From an uncultured Gammaproteobacteria bacterium (GTDB lineage: Bacteria; Patescibacteriota; Microgenomatia; CAZETR01; Amesbacteraceae), in contig CAYIGO010000001.1 in the NCBI GenBank assembly GCA_964362965.1, forward strand, positions 1 through 24,991: a stretch of DNA of 24,991 bases, in the 5' to 3' direction. This document shows positions 8,564 to 16,668 of the stretch, in pieces. Position numbers and translations under genes: made by a program. The notes under the pieces are model-generated. The model made no database searches and was not told where the DNA came from. It worked only from the letters and a program-made list of their open reading frames with translations. Numbering within the stretch: the stretch's first letter is position 1; each line of letters starts with the position of its first letter.

Positions 8564-9852
8564 AGGTTTGCACTCCTTCTGGGCATCTTAACGGCTCTCG
8601 TCCCCTTATATGCCGTATTGGAGCTTGAATCGGTACTTAAAACATTAGTAATTTGGCTTCCCATATGACGAACTGCGCCCACACTTCTTGAGAAAAGAAT
8701 GAGTTGCATCATGAAGGATGGAATTTTAAGTAGAGTCAGAAGTAAACCAATGGCTACAGCGATGGAAATGAGAGAATTATTGGTGTTTGCTGGCAAAGTG
8801 AGGAATGTTCCGGCTAGTTGAATCGTGACCACATGGACAAAGATCGTAAAGATGGACACAAAATATCCCTTCATGGCCATTTCAGCAAAGTCAGCAGTTT
8901 TAGGAATGGCAGAGAGTAAGAAAATAAAAGGAGAAAGGACAGCACCAAGGCAAATGATAATCAGCCGACTTATATACATAAGGAGTAGTACTATTGCGAC
9001 GATTAGAAAAATGAGTAAGAAGATGAGGATAATAAATGGTGCTGTGCCATTGGTTAAACTCGAGATTGTAATAGCATTCGTGATCCATGCGTGGTTGAGG
9101 CCACCAGTAGCGGATATAACTCCAGACACCAAAGCGTTACTGGCCTTGATTGCATAGTCAGCGAGGAATAATGAGACGTTAGCGCCAAGAAAAGCTAGCC
9201 CAATTCTAGGAAGTAAATGTTTAAACTCGATTTCTTCAAAGCCAAAAGTGGAAGCACTCATAAACTGGAGTCCTAAGAGTGCTACAACGAGTACGAATAA
9301 TGTATCTGTAATCCCAAGCATAATCAGCCAAAACTTGACGATGGATGAGTTTTCAAGAAGTGACGGGGTTGAGCTAAGAAAAGTCATAATCCCGTCAACT
9401 ATTGGCTTGGTGGAACTCTCCACAATGTTTTGAATAAAGCCATTAACGGCATCAATTAAAACTTGGGTTAATCCGTCCCGTGGGGCGATTGTTTCAATCT
9501 GGGTTATAGGAAGTGCGGCAGTACTTGTGTTACTGGGATCGCCGACAAGTGCACCAGTTAAAAGAGAAACAAGGGCGCTTGAAGCAAGGACAATGACTAA
9601 TCCAAGGAGAGCATTGCGAATTGTTTTCTTAGCGTCTTCTAAAGCGTCAGGCCTACCAGTTGAGATGATGTAGACATACCCACCACGAATTAAAAAAAAG
9701 ACCGCTGCTGCGGCCGAGATCATCGTAATGATGGAAAGGGCGTCACTAGTAAATGCTGTCACCTCCGAGGGTACGCTCGTTGCGGCATAGGCTACTGAAG
9801 GTGTAAGAAGGAGTATCAGTATGGTGCTGAGTGCCAATATGATTCGTTTCAT
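8560..9852 (-). CDS. VirB6/TrbL-like polytopic membrane protein with an N-terminal pilin-like domain
   Basis: Signal peptide, then GGYVYIISTGRPDALEDAKKTIRNALLGL (VirB2-like), then several TM helices with SPFIFLL, in T4SS context. Confidence 0.7.
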   Translation of the reverse strand: MKRIILALSTILILLLTPSVAYAATSVPSEVTAFTSDALSIITMISAAAAVFFLIRGGYVYIISTGRPDALEDAKKTIRNALLGLVIVLASSALVSLLTGALVGDPSNTSTAALPITQIETIAPRDGLTQVLIDAVNGFIQNIVESSTKPIVDGIMTFLSSTPSLLENSSIVKFWLIMLGITDTLFVLVVALLGLQFMSASTFGFEEIEFKHLLPRIGLAFLGANVSLFLADYAIKASNALVSGVISATGGLNHAWITNAITISSLTNGTAPFIILIFLLIFLIVAIVLLLMYISRLIIICLGAVLSPFIFLLSAIPKTADFAEMAMKGYFVSIFTIFVHVVTIQLAGTFLTLPANTNNSLISIAVAIGLLLTLLKIPSFMMQLILFSRSVGAVRHMGSQITNVLSTDSSSNTAYKGTRAVKMPRRSANL

Positions 9853-9880
9853 AGTGATTCATAGGTCAAAGATTGACGGG

Positions 9881-10213
9881 TTACGGCGTGACCCCGAATG
9901 CTCCGGTTGCTAAATCAGAGACAATGTTGGTCAAAACAAACGCACCAAGAACTACCGCTAAACCAATCGCTGAATATAAAATGGTTTTTTTGGATCGATC
10001 AAGCATTTCGGGATTCCCGGAACTCGTCATGTATCCCACTCCGCCCCAGACAAAGAAACCGGCGGAAATAAGGCCAGCCAGCGTGACCAACACCTGAATA
10101 GCGCTTTTGATAAATGTTTCAATCTTGGTGACATCAGCCGATGCGGCATACACGGGAACTGCTAAAAGGAGTGAAGCGATGATGAGTGCGTTTACAATAA
10201 TAATCTTTTTCAT
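9881..10213 (-). CDS. TrbC/VirB2-type pilin
   Basis: Signal peptide (VYA/A), GGVGYMTSSGNPEMLDRSKKTILYSAIGL and SD GGAGGTG. Confidence 0.85.
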   Translation of the reverse strand: MKKIIIVNALIIASLLLAVPVYAASADVTKIETFIKSAIQVLVTLAGLISAGFFVWGGVGYMTSSGNPEMLDRSKKTILYSAIGLAVVLGAFVLTNIVSDLATGAFGVTP

Positions 10214-10228
10214 AATTCACCTCCCTAC

Positions 10229-10254
10229 AAAAAATGCCACCGATGATGGTGGCA
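10229..10254 (-). terminator. Intrinsic terminator-like hairpin in the leader of the T4SS operon
   Basis: Minus strand TGCCACC-ATCATC-GGTGGCA followed by T6. Confidence 0.7.
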
Positions 10255-10286
10255 GGATTCTTTCGTTTTCTAAAGAACTAATTGTT

Positions 10287-10315
10287 AGTATATCAGACAA
10301 GATCAGGAAATGCAA
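10287..10315 (-). promoter_or_regulatory. Sigma70-type promoter of the T4SS operon
   Basis: Minus strand TTGCAT, 17 nt, then TATACT. Confidence 0.65.
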
Positions 10316-10336
10316 ATTCAATTGGTGAGAACCCAA

Positions 10337-12376
10337 CTATTCATACCGCAATGCGTTTAGGGCGGATATTTTTGTTGCTCTGCGTGCCGGATAAATACCG
10401 GTGACCAGTCCAACCAAAAGCGATAAGAAAATAATCACAAAAACAAATGGAAGAGGAATATAGGAAATGTCCACAAAACCCACACCTTTAATAATGGCAA
10501 AAAACGATAAGAAGATGCCAAGAAGCCTCCCTAAAACCCAGCCAAAGATAATCCCCAAGATGCCACCCAAAAATCCCATGATCATTGATTCGGTCAAAAA
10601 CAATTCTGAAACCTCCGAGGATTTCATACCCATCGCTTTCATCAGCCCCACTTCCCGCGTACGCTCCAAAAGCGAAACAGTGAGCGTGTTAAACATGCCA
10701 AGGGCAGCCACAGACAAGGCAACCATGCCTAGTAGCATGAGCACTGTTCGTGCTGTTGCAAACAACGAATTGATTTGCGCCACGGTATCCGCCACCGAAC
10801 GGGTCATATACCCCATGGACTCAATTTGCCGTCTGGTTTTAACGAGTTCATTTTGGTCTTTCACCACCACCTTGGCTTGGGAAAAGTTCGTGATGCCTAA
10901 ACTCCGAAGATCAAGAAACGGCACGTAAAAGAATGGCGTTTTTTCTTCAGGGATCACACCGACAATTGTGTATTCCGCCGAGGATGATTCAATATTGGCT
11001 GACGGATCACTTAACAGATCACCAACCACCACAAATGTGGTCATAAATTTCTTACCAAGCGCTTCGGCTTCTTTAATGCCCAACACCGAGAGCATTGCTC
11101 GATTCACAACTGCCTCACGTTTGGCAGATGTGGAAAGATCCACGGTTTTTGTTTCGGCAGGTTTAATAATGCCGGCCTCCGAGGCAATATCGACCCAATT
11201 CACACCCGCACTTCCTGACGCATCGGAGCTGACGCCTAAGACTTTCGGCTCTGAAATGTTCACTCCTGATAATGTAAGTCCTATCTCTGCAAAATATCCA
11301 GCCTTTTGGATTTGTGTGTTGTCTTCATCACGGGCTACCAGATATTTTCCGCCTTCGCAGTCTCCCTGGGTTGCGGGGTCGCACTTTTCGCTTTTCCACA
11401 GGAGCACCTCTGCCTTCATCCATTTTCCGATCATTTTCCCGTCTTCTGTTTCTCCAAAAGTGCCTATGCCGTCATCTGATTCATATTTCCCTCCCCAAAC
11501 CTCCTCGCCTTGCGGAGACCCTTCCACTCGTTTGGTATACCCAATGATCTTGCCTGTCGTTGACGGATTTTCGCGCACGCGTATCCACGTTCCCGGATCA
11601 ATGATAAAGTCCACATCCTGGATTTTTTCACCTATTACTCCGACTTTTTGTTCCGTCGACACACCAGCTACCTGACCTCTGAGAGAGGAAACATCAAAAG
11701 ATAATTCATTACTCTCAAACACTTTTCCGTCCACCGGCTTGATGGCTGATTGCTTGAGATAATCAGTCGTGACACCATACACCGCCATATCCGTGACAGA
11801 GTTTAAGTAGTTTACTCGTCCGACTACTGCAATGAGTGGCAACGCCATATCTACTGAGGTAATTTCTTTAAAATTTGCCAGTGTTTGATCATTAATTTTT
11901 ACTTTTCCTCCGGGTTGAGGGGAAACATCAGCTTGTTTCATCTCGTCAAGCCGAGCCACCCGAGTAATGACCAGTCGTTCAAAACCGTAGCCCATGGACA
12001 CTAAAAAGACAATCGCGCCAATCCCAATCGTCATGCCACCAACGGTAATAGAGGTCCGTGTTCTTTTGGACTTCATATTGCGTAAGGAAAGCTCGATCAA
12101 CTCGACTCTTGAAATAGACCCCGTTCGTTGCAGATCAAGAAAAAACATGGCACGGGTATACCCACGAGTGGATGCTTTGATCACTTTTTGAAAGAGTCTG
12201 CTTTGGATCAATCTTCGTCCAATACCATGGGTTTTTGTTTCCAAGAGAAACACCATCAAGGCGCAGGCTTTGGCAAAAAGAAAAACCATCAACAGCACCA
12301 CAAATGTCGTCACCTTCCAAAAGTTGGTTTTCAGATCTATAAAAAATTTCTTGATTTTTTCTTTACGTGTTGGCAT
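10337..12376 (-). CDS. MacB/FtsX-family ABC transporter permease with an enlarged extracytoplasmic domain
   Basis: LRNMKSKRTRTSITVGGMTIGIGAIV, SLLERTREVGLMKAMG, and the C-terminal GIYPARRATKISALNALRYE. Confidence 0.92.
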   Translation of the reverse strand: MPTRKEKIKKFFIDLKTNFWKVTTFVVLLMVFLFAKACALMVFLLETKTHGIGRRLIQSRLFQKVIKASTRGYTRAMFFLDLQRTGSISRVELIELSLRNMKSKRTRTSITVGGMTIGIGAIVFLVSMGYGFERLVITRVARLDEMKQADVSPQPGGKVKINDQTLANFKEITSVDMALPLIAVVGRVNYLNSVTDMAVYGVTTDYLKQSAIKPVDGKVFESNELSFDVSSLRGQVAGVSTEQKVGVIGEKIQDVDFIIDPGTWIRVRENPSTTGKIIGYTKRVEGSPQGEEVWGGKYESDDGIGTFGETEDGKMIGKWMKAEVLLWKSEKCDPATQGDCEGGKYLVARDEDNTQIQKAGYFAEIGLTLSGVNISEPKVLGVSSDASGSAGVNWVDIASEAGIIKPAETKTVDLSTSAKREAVVNRAMLSVLGIKEAEALGKKFMTTFVVVGDLLSDPSANIESSSAEYTIVGVIPEEKTPFFYVPFLDLRSLGITNFSQAKVVVKDQNELVKTRRQIESMGYMTRSVADTVAQINSLFATARTVLMLLGMVALSVAALGMFNTLTVSLLERTREVGLMKAMGMKSSEVSELFLTESMIMGFLGGILGIIFGWVLGRLLGIFLSFFAIIKGVGFVDISYIPLPFVFVIIFLSLLVGLVTGIYPARRATKISALNALRYE

Positions 12377-13127
12377 AGGATGGTGTTCCGCTTCCGCGTT
12401 TCCCTTTAATTTCTAACAATAATGATTCTTTATCTTTTTCCCCATATTCTCCGACGATGGTCCCGTTAAACATCTTGACTGCGGTTTTGGCAAAGGTGAG
12501 GTATTCCAAATCGTGCGTGACCATGAGTATTGTTTTTGCCTGGTCTCTGTTGAGCGTAACGAGCAAACGCATCAGTTCCTGTCCCGATTCAAAGTCCAGA
12601 TTTCCGGTGGGTTCATCGGCAATAATGACCTCGGGATTTGTTACGAGGGCCCGGGCCAGGGCGACTTTTTGCTGTTGACCACTTGAGAGTTCGGTAGGCG
12701 CATAATTCGACCATTCACCCATCCCCATGACTTCAAGCATAGTGTGTGCTTTTTCCAAGCTTTCACTCTTTAATCTGCCCATCAACACCAAGGGGAAGGC
12801 TACATTTTCCACCACGGTGAGCGACTTAATCCAGTTGGGCTGCTGGTACACCATCCCCACATGGTTTTTACGAAAATCACTGCGTTGATCTTCATCCATG
12901 CCCGCATACAAATTTTTAGTAAGAAACAGACAGGTTCCTGTACTTGGCGCTTCCAGTCCGAGAATCGTATGCAGGAGCGTTGATTTCCCACATCCTGATG
13001 GGCCAAAGATGACACAAAAATCATTTTGGTTTACTTCAAAAGAGATGTCTTTTAACACCGGCACGTCCTGCTTGCCCACATGGAATGATTTGGAGAGATG
13101 GTCGACTTGAATGATGGCGTTTATCAT
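12363..13127 (-). CDS. ABC transporter ATP-binding protein (MacB/LolD type)
   Basis: GPSGCGKST, LSSGQQQKV, IIADEPTGNLD and VTHD motifs. Confidence 0.95.
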   Translation of the reverse strand: MINAIIQVDHLSKSFHVGKQDVPVLKDISFEVNQNDFCVIFGPSGCGKSTLLHTILGLEAPSTGTCLFLTKNLYAGMDEDQRSDFRKNHVGMVYQQPNWIKSLTVVENVAFPLVLMGRLKSESLEKAHTMLEVMGMGEWSNYAPTELSSGQQQKVALARALVTNPEVIIADEPTGNLDFESGQELMRLLVTLNRDQAKTILMVTHDLEYLTFAKTAVKMFNGTIVGEYGEKDKESLLLEIKGKRGSGTPSYANT

Positions 13128-13131
13128 AGTA

Positions 13132-16100
13132 TTACTTTTTGAAGCCTCCTAAAAATCCAAAGGCTCCTTGTAAATTCATAATGACGAGGTTCAGTGCATT
13201 CTCCGTGGCTTTCGGCGTAATGGTGACGGTATCAATGGAGTTGCCGAGATTTCCTGCTTTGTCTTTAGATAGAGAGCGTAGGTGATACACCTTTGATGGC
13301 GTGAGATTGGAGATAATCACAATGTGGTTAAAGGTTAGGTTGCTGTCCTCTTGGGTCTTTTGGGCATACGTTGTTCCTGTCCCTTCGCCAAACTCGACTT
13401 GCGATGTTCCTGGTTCGTCGGTGTTCCAGGACACAATCAGTTGAGCCGTTTGTTCCTGAGCGGTCTGCGTAACCGCGGGGATATTGCTTCCTTCCACATG
13501 GAGATCCGAAATCTGTGGCGGCCGGGTATCGGTGGCGGTGGTCAGCCGTTGGGAATCAGAAGTGGCTTCGTTGCCCACCTTATCCCTGCCTTTGACGACC
13601 AACATATAGTCCGTTTGGGGTAAAAGGCTCCGCACAATCATCCGATGATCACCTTTAGTTAAAGCCACGTTGACTTCATCCCGAGCGTCACCAGTCTGTC
13701 CTTCGGGGTAGTACGTCACAATGGAAGAGACCTCGGTATTTGTTGTCCAGGTGATGAGAATCGTGGATTGGGCGGTGTTGGCCACCTGTTGAATACGGAC
13801 ATTGGTAATTTTTGGTCGGGGGAGCGTGGTAAAGTCGAGCGTTGTTCCTTCGTACTCCGTGCTATCAGAATCAAAGGTATTGATTTTGTAGTAATACTTC
13901 GTGCCGTCAGATAAACCGGTGAGTTCCGTGGTGTAGGTCGTTTCGGATGTAGAGGTCGACACCTCTTTTGATCCGCCAAACGAGGTGGTGGTGCCGTAAT
14001 AAATTTTGACCTTGCTGGCGTTTGAACTCGTGTATTGAATGGTCGTCGTGGTAAGCCCGATGCTTTTAGCCAGGACGTCCTTGACGGTTGGAGCCGCATT
14101 TGTGGAAAAACTTTTCTCATCAGATGTGCCGGTATTCCCATCTTCATCCGTCCATTTGGTTTTGTAGTAGTAGGTGGTTCCCGGATTCAGTCCCGTCAAC
14201 TGAATCGAGTGCGAGGTGACCTGTGAAGAATTACTGGGTTCCACCGTGTTGTAACTTCCGCTGGTCGTCCCATATTGCACCTTGGAATCACTTGTGCGTG
14301 AAGTTGACCACGTGATGGTTGCCTTTTTGGTCGTGAGGCTTCCCGCACTTGGTCCAGTATCAATCGTTGGGGCTGTTGTCCATTTGCCGGTCGGCGTGAT
14401 GGATACGGCATTGGTTCCCGAACTTTGCGCAGCCGCTCCATCTTTGGTGTACACCTTGTAATAATATTTGGCAGAAGACGGTGTGGTGTCCACATACGAA
14501 AGACCGGTCGTTGTTCCTACTTGAGTAAAGGTGCTGTTATCCGTTGACCGTTTGACGAGATAGGTGAGATTTCCTGCTCCTTGATAGGTGGGTGCGACCC
14601 ACGTGAGAGTGACATTCCATTGCGAGGACGCTTTGATACTACTGTCTGACGCAACCACACTGCCTACATTGTCCGGATCAGTTGAGCTGAGTGTAAAGGT
14701 GCCGGAGATGTAGTTTGACGGTGAATAGTTGGGCGTTGTGGCATTGTCAATTGCCACCACATACACCGTATTGGTCCCTTTGTTCACACCGGGGAGTGCT
14801 GCGGCAGCAACGGTTCGTGTGGTGCTGTTGTCAATATAGGTCGATGCGTTTCCTTGAAGCGTGGCTAACGTGCTTGGCGGCGAGGTATTGATCATGTAGT
14901 AGTAATGCGCCACTGAATTTGATCCTGATGGGGTAGCAGTTGGCCAACTGAGTGCATATGAATTTGCGGTAGACGTTATTGGCGTCACCGTGACGGTATC
15001 CGTTCCGCCAAACGCCGGAGCCGCTCCTCCATACGAAAGGTTGCAGGTTCTTATGGTTCCATCGCTTGAGGTATTTCCTGCCGCATCCACCGTACGGAAA
15101 TAGACCACATTTGTTCCCGAGACGATGGATGAGCCGTCCTGAGATTGCGATAATGTTCTCCCCGTTTCCGAGGAAAGAATGTAGTTGGTCACACCAAGCA
15201 ATGATTCCGTGGTTGTCCCGAGCCATGTTCCCGACGTGGAGTTGATCTGATACTGCCAACCATACAGTCCGGCGTTGGAATCAGTCGATGCGGATAAACC
15301 GGAAGTCGGCCAATTAAAACTCATATCTGCCACGTTGGAAAAACTGCCTGATGCGCAGGAAATATACGTCACGTTGGCCGGTGCAGTGTTATCAAACCGG
15401 AACTGAAACTGAGCCGATGAGCCGGAAAAAATGTTTCCGGAGTTATCAACCGCTTTGATATTGAAATAATACGGAGAGCTGGACGTGGTCAGTGCCGTCC
15501 CGATATATCCGCTGGTTGCCAGATCCACACTGGTAGCCGAGACAATAAACTGGCAGGTGGTACCGGCAGTTGAAACAGGAGAAGTGCCTAGGAGTCCCTT
15601 TGCTGTTGCCGGATTGCCAGCTATGTCTGTTCCCAAATACAGACAGTACCCTTTAAGTCCCGATCCGCCGGCGTTATCTGCTCCAGCCGTCCATGAATAA
15701 TAGGGTGACGATCCCTTCGTCCAGGCATTGGAAGACATACTCGTTCCGCCATTTGAGCGGGTCATGGCAACGGTCGATGCGTTGGTCGTCGGGGCGGTGG
15801 TATCGGTTGTCAGTCCTATAGAAACGTGAGGCAATAAAGGGACATCATTCCCACCAAATGTCAGGATTGCCTTGACCGAGATTCTTTGGGAAGTAATCGG
15901 GAGGGCTTGCATGGCCGACTGGGTAAGTTGAGCTGCCGTGTTCACTGTGGTTGTGGTATCGGTGGCGCTTGCCCACGCGCTTCCGGTCCAGTATTTCCAG
16001 GATGATCCTGACTGGCAAGTTGAGCCGTCATCGGTGCAGAGTTGATACTTGATCGCTGCGTTGCCGGTCGCGGTAGAATCGGTAGTGCAGGTTGATCCGG

Positions 16101-16410
16101 CAAGCGTCCCTTCGCAAAACGTATCCCAGGTGTTGACCTGCGCATTGGAGTAGGCGCTGGTGGTATAGACGCTATAGGTGCCTTGTTTGGAAAGCGTAAA
16201 GTCATCGACCTTGACCGTTTTTCCCGCCTTCACCAATACGCCATACTCGCGAGACGCATTGGCGCCGGTCAGCGTCCCCGACAGTTTCCACCACCCCGAT
16301 CCGGCATCCGTGTAGGTGGTAGCAATCGTTGCGCCATTGTAGTAGAGCTGAGCAATAGAGGAAGTAATAGTCCCGCCGACATTGCCTGTGGTCGTATCGT
16401 AGACATACAC
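13132..16410 (-). CDS. C-terminal part of the DGR target: Thr/Ser-rich fibronectin type III repeat surface protein
   Basis: Repeats such as TITWSTSRTSDSKVQYG...HSIQLTGLNPGTTYYYK. No signal peptide of its own. The frame stays open upstream to 16602. Confidence 0.85.
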   Translation of the reverse strand: MYVYDTTTGNVGGTITSSIAQLYYNGATIATTYTDAGSGWWKLSGTLTGANASREYGVLVKAGKTVKVDDFTLSKQGTYSVYTTSAYSNAQVNTWDTFCEGTLAGSTCTTDSTATGNAAIKYQLCTDDGSTCQSGSSWKYWTGSAWASATDTTTTVNTAAQLTQSAMQALPITSQRISVKAILTFGGNDVPLLPHVSIGLTTDTTAPTTNASTVAMTRSNGGTSMSSNAWTKGSSPYYSWTAGADNAGGSGLKGYCLYLGTDIAGNPATAKGLLGTSPVSTAGTTCQFIVSATSVDLATSGYIGTALTTSSSPYYFNIKAVDNSGNIFSGSSAQFQFRFDNTAPANVTYISCASGSFSNVADMSFNWPTSGLSASTDSNAGLYGWQYQINSTSGTWLGTTTESLLGVTNYILSSETGRTLSQSQDGSSIVSGTNVVYFRTVDAAGNTSSDGTIRTCNLSYGGAAPAFGGTDTVTVTPITSTANSYALSWPTATPSGSNSVAHYYYMINTSPPSTLATLQGNASTYIDNSTTRTVAAAALPGVNKGTNTVYVVAIDNATTPNYSPSNYISGTFTLSSTDPDNVGSVVASDSSIKASSQWNVTLTWVAPTYQGAGNLTYLVKRSTDNSTFTQVGTTTGLSYVDTTPSSAKYYYKVYTKDGAAAQSSGTNAVSITPTGKWTTAPTIDTGPSAGSLTTKKATITWSTSRTSDSKVQYGTTSGSYNTVEPSNSSQVTSHSIQLTGLNPGTTYYYKTKWTDEDGNTGTSDEKSFSTNAAPTVKDVLAKSIGLTTTTIQYTSSNASKVKIYYGTTTSFGGSKEVSTSTSETTYTTELTGLSDGTKYYYKINTFDSDSTEYEGTTLDFTTLPRPKITNVRIQQVANTAQSTILITWTTNTEVSSIVTYYPEGQTGDARDEVNVALTKGDHRMIVRSLLPQTDYMLVVKGRDKVGNEATSDSQRLTTATDTRPPQISDLHVEGSNIPAVTQTAQEQTAQLIVSWNTDEPGTSQVEFGEGTGTTYAQKTQEDSNLTFNHIVIISNLTPSKVYHLRSLSKDKAGNLGNSIDTVTITPKATENALNLVIMNLQGAFGFLGGFKK

Positions 16411-16500
16411 GGAGAAATCATAGGTTGAGGTGTCACCAACATTGACTGACTGGTAGATTTTTCCGTCCGAGATTGAGCCTATAGTAACGGTATCGCCACC

Positions 16501-16515
16501 GGCCGCTGCGCGGCC
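16501..16515 (-). promoter_or_regulatory. DGR target-recognition hairpin downstream of VR/IMH
   Basis: GGCCGC-GCA-GCGGCC (6-bp GC stem, 3-nt loop), about 35 nt after the VR and inside coding sequence. Confidence 0.7.
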
Positions 16516-16555
16516 AGAAGAAGAGGAGAAAGAGTGAGAGATGGCTACGGGATCA

Positions 16556-16668
16556 CTGGCGCAACGAAAGCCAACGTTGCTGTACGTTCCCCGGCGCGAA
16601 AATCAGATACGCTGTGAACGCCCCGGCGTAGGACGTGCTAAACCAATGGCCGCCGCGCTAGAAGGCGT
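16556..16668 (-). repeat. DGR variable repeat (VR)
   Basis: Matches 20054-20168 with 14 substitutions, all opposite TR adenines, plus a 2-nt deletion. Homology continues to 16551 with one C/T difference (IMH versus IMH*). Confidence 0.97.

Noticed and set aside
16658-16660. Stop-codon reassignment as an explanation for the in-frame TAG
   Set aside because: TAG ends ordinary genes here (PLD 1534-1536, permease 10337-10339) and TGA does too (avd, KilA-N, M23). The known CPR recoding affects TGA, and readthrough would not fix the frameshift.
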